NCBI RefSeq assembly: GCF_009914755.1 | Contig: NC_060930.1 | Reading direction: 5' to 3' (one strand) | DNA from: the human T2T-CHM13v2.0 reference genome, Homo sapiens | DNA: 64,000 bases | Shown here: positions 52,854 through 64,000 of the stretch, one piece after another | How the letters are laid out: every line of letters starts with the position of its first letter | Position numbering within the stretch: position 1 is the stretch's first letter | Made by a program: the position numbers and the translations under genes | Notes under the pieces: generated by a model | Seen by the model: only the letters and a program-made list of their open reading frames with translations | What the model was told of the DNA's origin: nothing | Databases searched by the model: none

Positions 52854-53256
<403 letters not shown>

Positions 53257-53265
53257 AACTCATAC

Positions 53266-53440
53266 ATTTTATTTATTTATGTATTTATTTATTTATTTAT
53301 TTTGAGATTGGGTTTTGCTCTATCACCCAGGCTGGAGTGCAGTGGTGCTATCATAGCTCACAGTAACCTCAAACTCCTGGGCTCAAGCAGTCCTCCCGTC
53401 TCAGCCTCCCAAGTAGCTGGGAATACAGGCACATACCACC
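53266..53440 (-). mobile_element. Right-arm Alu (FRAM or truncated AluJ)
   Basis: (TTTA)n tail plus right monomer only. Confidence 0.88.
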
Positions 53441-53557
53441 AGTAATTAACTCATTAATTTATTTAAATACAGAACTTCTTTTTCTGCATTACCGCATTCT
53501 AGAAACATTCTGTAGGGCTAGAGTTCTACACTACACATTTGTTACTTGCTGTGTACT

Positions 53558-53886
53558 GTGTAGTCTCTCCTTATCCACGACGGTAAGTGCCAAGACCCCC
53601 CGTGGATGCCTGACACTGCAGATAGTACCAAAGCATATATACACTATTTTTTTTCCTATACATACATACCTATGATAAAGTTTAATTTATAAATTAGGCA
53701 CAGTAATAGGCTAAGAACAACAATAATAAAATAACAACACACGCTGCAATAAAAGTTATGCAAATGTGATCCCTCTCTTTCTCAAATATCTTATTGTACT
53801 CTACTTATCCATTTTCAGACTGTGGTTGACCACAGGTAACTGAAACTGTGGAGGTGAAACTGTGGATAGGGGGGTGGAGACTACTG
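53558..53886 (-). mobile_element. MER44A (TcMar-Tigger MITE)
   Basis: TIRs gtagtctctccttatcc / ggatagggg...gactactg followed by TA; cctatgataaagtttaatttataaattaggcacagtaa. Confidence 0.88.
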
Positions 53887-54814
53887 TATTAAGTAAACAT
53901 TGTGGCCACAGGAAAAGTGTTTAATGATAGGAAGAAGCATGATACAATGAGAGAAACACCAAGCTAGGTTAGGAGTCGGGTGAGCTGATATAAGCTTGCT
54001 GACTCTAATTCTGCATGTCTATGTCCAAAAAAACCTATGTGCAGCTTATATTGCTGAAAATCCAAAATCAGAGAGAATTCAAATGACAGCAAGGTTTAGA
54101 ACCTGGTTATTCTCCTACGTAGACTAATCAGCTTGTCCAAGTTACTTAATCTTTCCAGGCTGCAATTTACTCATTTGTAAAGTGGGCAAGTTAGACCTCG
54201 GGATCTTATGAGCCTGCCAAACTGTAAAACCTATGTGTCAAAAGAGCTCTAATAATCCAAAAAATCCTTTCAGTTGGTACCATGCAGCCCTCCTCCCACT
54301 AGTCAAGAAAAAAAAAAAAGTTCCAACAACTTATAAGTAGCTTGACTTCCCATTCAACACTCAAGGGAACCAAATTACTTTCTTCTATTGTGGAACTCTG
54401 AGCACAATTGAAAACCAGCTTCATTAGCTGCCTTGACACAAGGCTAAGGCAAATTCTGGAAATGCATATTGTTTTCTAGAAGTGTCTGCCCGGGACTCTC
54501 TTAAGGTTCTTCTAGACAAAGGTCATAGGTACCCAACTGAAGCTTGTTTAAAAACAGAGAATTTATATTGGCTCATTTGGGGTTGCATCTAGCTTTGAGA
54601 ACAGAAAGATTTGAGGGCCCAAATAATGTTACATGGATGTTGTCTTCCTCAATCTCTCAGCTCTGCTTTCTTTTCAATGGGCCTCATTGTCAGGCAGGCT
54701 CACTGTACATGGTAACAAAGAGCGCTTTCTGCAGCTCTAGGCTTCATGGTCCTTAACTGCCACGCTTGAAAAAAAAGAGCACTTTACTCCAAATACTTGA
54801 AGCAAAATATTAAT

Positions 54815-55080
54815 TGCTAAGAATTACTGAGCACTCACAACATGCCAGGCACTGTCCTAATGCACATGTATGAACTTACATAGGCCTCACCACAACTCTA
54901 GACAGCAGGTACTATTACATTTCCATGCTATAGACAAAGAACTAAGGCTCAGAGAGTCTAAATGGTGTGTTTACTTTCCGTACAAGTGATCTTGGGCAAA
55001 TTAATCTCTCTGTGCCTCAGTTTCCTCATCTGAAAAATGCCAATAGCAACAATTTAGTAGGCTGTTTTGAGAGTTAGGTA
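54815..55080. mobile_element. Adjacent MIR fragments, opposite orientations
   Basis: actaaggctcagagag and gtgatcttgggcaaattaatctctctgtgcctcagtttcctcatctg. Confidence 0.75.
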
Positions 55081-55082
55081 AG

Positions 55083-55458
55083 TGTATTAGTCCGTTTTCA
55101 TGCTACTGATAAAGACATACCCGAGACTGGGCAATCTACAAAAAAAAAAAAAAAAAAAGAGGTTCAATTGGACTCAATTCCATGTGGCTGCGGAGGCCTC
55201 ACAATCATGGCAGAAGGCAAGGAGGAGCAAGTTACGTCTTAGGTGGATGGCAGCAGGCAAAGAGAGAACTTGTGCAGAGAAACTCCCGTTTTTAAAACCA
55301 TCAGATCTTGTGAGACCCATTCACTATCAGGAGAACAGCACGGGAAAGATCTGACCCCATGATTTAATCATCTCCCACTGGGTCCCTCCCACAACATGTG
55401 GGAATTATGGGAGCTACAAGATGAGATTTGGGTGGGGACACAGAGCCAAACCATTTCA
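55083..55458 (-). mobile_element. THE1A solo LTR
   Basis: tgtattagtcc...cagagccaaaccatttca; perfect 5-bp TSD gtaag; internal ~20-A expansion. Confidence 0.94.
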
Positions 55459-55605
55459 GTAAGTATATGTAAGAACCAAAGGAGAGTATCCAACATAGAA
55501 TCACTGCATGAAACAAGAAGCCAATAATTCTTGGTACCATTTCCACTTGCCATTCTCTTATTTCCTGCATCTTTCCCTTTAATGGTTCAGGAAAATTCAA
55601 CTTTA

Positions 55606-55932
<327 letters not shown>

Positions 55933-56548
55933 TTAGTAGCATTAGATGTGATAGAAAGGGACACAATGGATTACAGCTGTATCTGGATACAGGGAAGGAA
56001 GCCCAAAGCAGCAAAGCTAGGGCAAAGCTGAGACCGAGATGTAGTATGTACATTCAGAAGAGGAGCTGAAAGTAAGAACAAGGTCAAGGCTGTCAATCTA
56101 GCCTAGATGTTAGGCAGTAAGGAGACCTGTGCACTGGATGGCCAACCCCAGACATCAGGCAGGAAAACCTGTATAAGAGGCCTCTTATACTTCTCCTGCT
56201 GGGGCAGAAGCCAGCTTCAGAGTGTGCCAGCAGGAAAGCTGCAGGTGGTAGCCATTCTCCCCATGAGGAAGATGGTAATGCGTTAACTTGGCTGGAAGAG
56301 AGAGTATGGGACACAAGTGAAGGTCATATGCTGACGGGAAGCCTTTTATTGATGGTGATTGCATGAAGAGATGGTGCTAAATAGTATTCATAAATTATTT
56401 GGCAAGTTTCACAACAAAGATAGGATCTTACAGAAAATTTAACACACGCCCTAGCAGAAAATACTTAATTCAATTGAGAAATAGCCCATCAAATCAACCT
56501 GAGTGTGGTTTCCATTAGAACTGGAGCAGCTATTCTAGAATTTCCTGA

Positions 56549-56983
<435 letters not shown>

Positions 56984-57759
56984 TAACATGCAGTTCCCAA
57001 TCTATTAAGCAGAGCGACCAAGTGAAAGCTTGTGGTATCTTTAGCTTGAATATTTTGCGTCCACTTGGTCCCTCGGTAAGTGTGTAGGAGCTATGCCACC
57101 TGATTTACTGCAGGTGGACAAGGGGAGGACTCAGGCGATACTCTCAGCGCCAAAGTGTCTAGTACTGATCCCTCAGTGCTTGTTGGCAGGTGCCAAGCAT
57201 CACAAGATGCCAAGAGCACAGAAGGAGAAGGCAGAAGGAAATCTTCAGTGTTAAACATCTCTGAACTAGGGAAATATTTCTAATGTCAGTTTGACTCCTC
57301 CTCTCATAAAATCTTTAGTTGTCATAATGAGAAAGGACTAAACATGAGAGGAAGTTACAAAACACTATGGGAAATATTTTATCGTAACATACATAAGTTT
57401 GTTCAAAATGGGCACTCTTGACCTAGGCAGATATTAATAGATTTACTACTGTGGTGTTTAGCTTAATGCCAACATGTCCTATCCTCAGATGCCCTGAAAC
57501 ACAGCTGTCATCTTGTCTTCTTTATATAACCCCAGAACCCTGACTGGCTACAGCTACAGAAAAAAAAGATCTTGGTATTGGTAACACAAAGAAATTATGC
57601 ATGCTTAAATACAATTATTTACTTCTAGAATTTGTACTTCATTTTAGATGAATCATCTAGAATTTATGACATTAATCAGTCTGAAATTCTAGAGTTGCAT
57701 ATACGCCTGTTCCAATATGTGCCTTTTCTGCAGTAGCCATTTTGGGGTTATCTCTCCCC

Positions 57760-57940
57760 CTTCACAGTGACTTGAGCATGTCTTTACATAGCACTCCCCA
57801 TTCTGTACCATCTTCTGGTTATCTTGCTCATCCCCATGCCAGGCCATTAGTCCCTTGAGGACATCCTTATATCCCACTGCCTAGCACATTGCTTAACATA
57901 CAGTGAGCACATAGGACAGATTTACTGAATAAATGCTTGC
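57760..57940 (+). mobile_element. L2 3' fragment
   Basis: tgcctagcacattgcttaacatacagtgagcac...tttactgaataaatg. Confidence 0.6.
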
Positions 57941-58049
57941 CAAAAAATAAATAAATACATTAAAAAAATTTTAAATGGATAAACTTCCTTTCCAGTATGG
58001 TTGAAGAAGCTCCAACTGGCTGATCTGCCTACAGAAAACAACTACAGAA

Positions 58050-58068
58050 ACACACACACACACACACA
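58050..58068. repeat. (CA)n microsatellite
   Basis: Direct reading. Confidence 0.9.
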
Positions 58069-58208
58069 ATTTCCTAGAGAGTAACAAGATATTGGAGAGC
58101 AACCAAAGGCAAGCAGATTTTAGAGAGGATTTGATCCTTGGGAAAAATAAAAAATGGCACTGGGTGAATGTGTTAGTTCGTCTCTGCATTGCTATAAAGA
58201 AATACTTT

Positions 58209-58528
58209 GGCCAGGCGCGGTGGCTCACACCTGTAATCCCAGAACTTTGGGAGGCCAAGGCGGGTGGATCATGAGGTCAGGAGTTCAAGACCAGCCTGGC
58301 CAAGATGGTGAAACCCCGTCTCTACTAAAAACTACAAAAAAATTAGCCAGGCACAGTAGCAGGTAACTGTAATCCCAGCTACTTGGGAGGCTGAGGCTGG
58401 AGAATTCACTTGAACCTGGGCGGCAGAGGTTGCAGTGAGCCAAGATCGCGCCACTGCACTCCAGCTCGGGTGACAGAGCGAGAATCTGTCTTAAAAAAAA
58501 AAAAAAAGAAAGAAAAGAAAAGAAAGAA
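58209..58528 (+). mobile_element. AluSg-like
   Basis: Full dimer. Confidence 0.95.
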
Positions 58529-58539
58529 AAATACCTCTG

Positions 58540-58833
<294 letters not shown>

Positions 58834-60841
58834 AGAACTTCTGGGTTATTTATAAAGAAAGGAGATTTAATCAGCTCACAGTTCTGCAGGCTCTACAGGA
58901 AGCATGGAAGCATGGCTCTGGCATCTGCTCAGCTTCTGCTGAGAACCTCAGGAAGCTTCCAACCATGGTGGAAGGTGAAGAAGGAGCAAGTGCATTGCAC
59001 GAGAAGAGCAGGAGCAGGAAGGAGAGGGAGGAGGCGCCACACTTTTAAATTTTAAATAACCAGATCTTGCATGAACTCAGAGTGAAATCTCACTCATTAC
59101 TGTGAGAATGGTGCTAAGCTATTCATGAGGGAATCTGCCCCTATGATCCAACACCCCTCACTAAGCCCCACCTCCAACATGGGGGATTACGTTTCAACAT
59201 GAAATTTGGTGGGGACAAACATCCGAGTGAAATCAAAAAAGTTTTCCCATTTTCATGGCTTCTACCTTTGGGACTTGTCCCAGTCTGTGTCATGCAGTGT
59301 GGCTAAAACTTCAATGGAAAACCTTTAGTCATTTGGTCTGTTAATCAGAGAACTGCCAGAAAGTGAAAGAGAGGTTCTGAAGAGGAAAGAGTCAGAGAGT
59401 ATGCCCCAAATTTTGTGCATACATAAACCCTGCCCAAATCTCTGGTTGGTCCCTAAACCATGTGTTTACCAGGCAAAATGTAAGCAACCTACCTAAGTAG
59501 AAAAGAATTGAACGGAAACTTAAGCCAATGATTAAAAAACATAATTTGTAGTTTGAGTCCAATCAGGTTAATTGTCTGTTACAACAAACAGACAAACAAA
59601 AAGTTTGACAATCTTAGAAGTAATATATCATAATTAAGATTCTCTACAACACAGCATTCGCAGTATCCAGAATATAATTCAAAATCTATCAAAATATGAA
59701 AAAAACAGAAAAATGTGATCCATTCTCAAGAGACAAGATTATCAGCTGAGATCAACCCTGAGTAATCCAGATGTTGGAATTATCAAACAAGAAATTTAAA
59801 GCAGTTATTTTAACTATGCTATGACATAAAAGAAAATATGCTTATAATGAATGCACAGATGGAAATTTAAGTAGCAAAATAGAAATAAGAACAAAATAAA
59901 AATTCTAAAAATAAAATTATAACATCAAAGATAGAAATTAACTGCACAGGCTTATCAGCAGACAGGAGACAACAAAGTAAAAGTCGATGAACTTGAGGAT
60001 GGATAAATGAGACTATCCACTTGGAACAAGAGAGAGAAAATAGATTAAAAAAAAAGAGAGAGAACAGAATCAAGGACCTGTGGGATAATATCAAAAGATC
60101 TAATGTATGTATGGTTAGAGACCCAGAAGAAAAAGTGAGAGAGAATGGGGCAGAAAACATATTTGAAGAAACAATGGCCCAAAACTTCCCATATTTCATG
60201 AAAGACATAAATTTACAGTTTAGAGGAAATCAGTGAAATCTCAAACAGGATAAATATAAGGAAAACCACATCAAACACATCATAGTAAAACTGCTAAAAT
60301 TTAAACATCAAGAAAAAATTCTGAAAACAGGCAAGATGAAGACACATTACAAGAAGGAAAACAATTATTCAAATTGCAATAACTGCTTATTAGACACAAT
60401 GGAGGCTAGAAGGTAGTGGAACATCTTCAAAGTGCTCAAAGATAAAATGGATTGCCAGAATTCTATGTCCACAAATTTTTTTTCAAGGAAGAAGGCAAAA
60501 TAAGGACATTTCCAAATAAAAGAAAATCAAAAGGATTTGTTATTAACAGATTTACACTAGAAAAAATGTTTAAGAAAATTCTTCAGGCTGAAGGAAAATG
60601 ATACCAGTTGGAAACTCAGGTCTTCAGGAATGAATGAAAAGCCCCAGAAATGATGAATGTCTGAATAAATATAAAAGACTCTTTTCCTCTAATTGAGAAG
60701 AACTACACACATATGAGTCTTTAAAGTAAAAATTGTAACATTGTCTTGGAAGGTTTATATGTAAAACAGGTGTCAAAGTGTAAAAATTGGGCATAAAAAG
60801 ACCTGTATGATTACAAGTTTTTTGCATTTAACATGAAGTGG

Positions 60842-61166
<325 letters not shown>

Positions 61167-61664
61167 ATGAATTGGTAATATTCCAAGTAGACTGTTTAAG
61201 AATATATATTAAATTTTCTAGACCAACCACTGAAAATAATGCAGAAAAATATGACTAAAAATGCTATAGATGAATTAAAACAGAATTCTGAAATATATCC
61301 AACTAATCCACAAGAAGACAGAGAAGAAAGAACAGAGGAAAAAAGTAGAGGGGATAAACAGAAAACAAATAATAAAATGGTAACTTGAAATCCAACCCTA
61401 TCAAGAATTACATTAAATATTAATGGATGAAATAATACAATTAAAAGACAGAGACTGTCAGAATGGGCTTTTAAGAAGCATAACCCCATTGTATGCTTTC
61501 TACAAGAAATGCAATTTAAAAATAAAGACATAGACAGATTGAAAGTAAATTGATGAAAAATATACATCTACCATGCAAGGAGAGTGGCCATATTAATATC
61601 AGATAATAAACTTCACGGCAAAGAATATCATCAGAGATAAAGGGGGATAGTTCATAAAAGAGTT

Positions 61665-61968
61665 GGCTGGACCTGCTGCCTCAGGCCTGTAATCCCACCA
61701 CTTTGGGAGGCAGAGGCAGATGGATCATTTGAATCCAGGAGTTTGAGATAAGCCTGGGAAACACAGCAAGTCCTCATTTCTACAAAAAAAATTTAAAAAT
61801 TAGCCAGGTATGGTGGTGCGTGTCTGCAATCCCAGCTATTCAGGAGGTTGAAGTGGGAGGATCACTTGAGCCCAGGAGGTCATGGCTGCAGTGAGCCATG
61901 AACATACCACTGCACTTTAGCCTGGGAGACAGAGCAAGACCCTGTCTCAATTTTTAAATAAAAATAAA
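61665..61968 (+). mobile_element. AluJ
   Basis: Diverged dimer. Confidence 0.93.
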
Positions 61969-62359
61969 CATAAACATGATATAAAATATCAATTTATCAG
62001 GAAGCCATTGCAATCATAATTGCAATTGTGCACATAATTGTGTATGTGCCTAAAAATAGAGCTTCAAAATATATATGGCAAAAATTGACAGAATTTAAAG
62101 GGAGTAACAGACATTCCATAATCATTACTACAGATTTTAACATCTCTTCTTAGCAAATGATAGAACAGCTAGACAAAAGAATTAGTAAAGACACAGGTGA
62201 AATGAACAATACTATTAACCACATTGGCCTAAATTACTATTTATAGAACACTATTTCCTACATAATATACATTCTTTCAAGTGCACATATTAAGTTGACC
62301 AAAATAGACCATCTGCCAGACCATAAAATAAATATGAAATCTAGAAAAATACCAAATGT

Positions 62360-62664
<305 letters not shown>

Positions 62665-63103
62665 TAGAAAAATGCCGAATGTTTAGAAATTAAATACCAT
62701 ATTTTGAAATAATTCATGAGTCAATGAAGAAATGAAAAAAGAAACTAAAAAATGTTTGAACCAAATGGTAATAAAAATACACATATCAAAATATCTGGGA
62801 TGTTGCTAAATCTGCACTGAGGGAAATTCCTAGCTTTTAGTGCTTATATTAGAAAAGAATAAAGGTCTAAAATCAATATCCTACATTTCTACCTTAAAAA
62901 GCTAGAAAAACTACAATTAATCCAAAGTAAATAGAAAAAAAACCAACAAAAAACAAAAACATAAGAAGAAGAACAGGAATCAACGAAATAGAAAGGCAGA
63001 CAAATAATCGAGAAACACAGTAAGGCCAAAAGCTGGTTCTTTGAAATTGTGAGGAATATCAGTAAACCCCTAGCTAGTCAGATCAAGGAAAATAAAGAGG
63101 GAT

Positions 63104-63479
<376 letters not shown>

Positions 63480-63634
63480 TTAAAGGATACAATGGGGCAT
63501 ATTTTAATGTAATTGTCAACAAATTAAATGGACAAATTCCTTGAAAAATACTAGCTGCAAAACTGACACGACATGAAGCAAAAAATCCGAATTGCCATAT
63601 ATATAAGAAATTAAATTAATAATTAAAAAACTGT

Positions 63635-63946
63635 GGCTGGGTGCAGTGGTGCACACCTGTAAATCCCAGCACCTTGGGTGACTGAGGCAGGAGGATCACT
63701 TGAGCACCTGAGCCCAGGAGTTTGAGACCAGCCTGGGCAATACGGCAAAACCCCGTCTCTACAAAAAATACAAAACATTCACCAGGCATGGTGGCACGTG
63801 CCTGGAGTCCAAGCTACTCGAGGGGTTGAGGTGGGAGGATTGCTTTAGCCTGGGAGTTGGAGGTTGCAGAGAGCTGAGATCACACCACTGCACTCCAGTT
63901 GCGTGACAGAGTGAGACCCTTTCTCAAAAAAATAAAATAAAAAAAA
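63635..63946 (+). mobile_element. AluJ
   Basis: Full dimer. Confidence 0.94.
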
Positions 63947-64000
63947 TTAGAAACCTTTTAACCAAGAAAAGTCTTGGCCACAACATTTCACTAGTGAATT

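Noticed and set aside
53985-54056. Possible pre-miRNA-like hairpin (atataagcttgc...gcagcttatat)
   Set aside because: Only an ~11-bp outer stem with a poorly paired interior

Overview
Primate (human or closely related catarrhine) genomic DNA that looks intergenic or deep-intronic. I recognise no protein-coding exon, CpG island or intact RNA gene. The window is dominated by transposon fossils: about 60 Alu/FLAM/FRAM copies (roughly a quarter of the window, incl. five AluY), old L1M, L2 and MIR, many solo LTRs (THE1A/C, MSTB, MLT1A/E/F, MER21A, LTR16B, LTR12, MER61, probable MamGypLTR) and DNA transposons (MER1B, MER5, MER20, Charlie4-like, MER44A, piggyBac MER75, MULE Ricksha). Most ORFs in the supplied track are repeat-derived. 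Highlights: (1) a tailless tRNA-Arg(ACG) retrocopy with a perfect 17-bp TSD that looks copied from an unedited pre-tRNA (7550-7607); (2) a four-layer TE nest where an MSTB LTR and a piggyBac MER75 together supply donor, acceptor, a PGBD4-like 46-aa ORF and a poly(A) variant (24.3-25.2 kb); (3) a Ricksha element with both TIRs, a 9-bp TSD and a readable MULE transposase fossil (30183-31672); (4) a CCAAT-rich LTR12 inserted inside a MER61 LTR carrying near-perfect p53 response elements (43679-44877). No new biological system can be established from sequence alone; items 2 and 4 are the best testable hypotheses. Family names come from recall of consensus sequences, not a RepeatMasker run, and boundaries of old elements are approximate.
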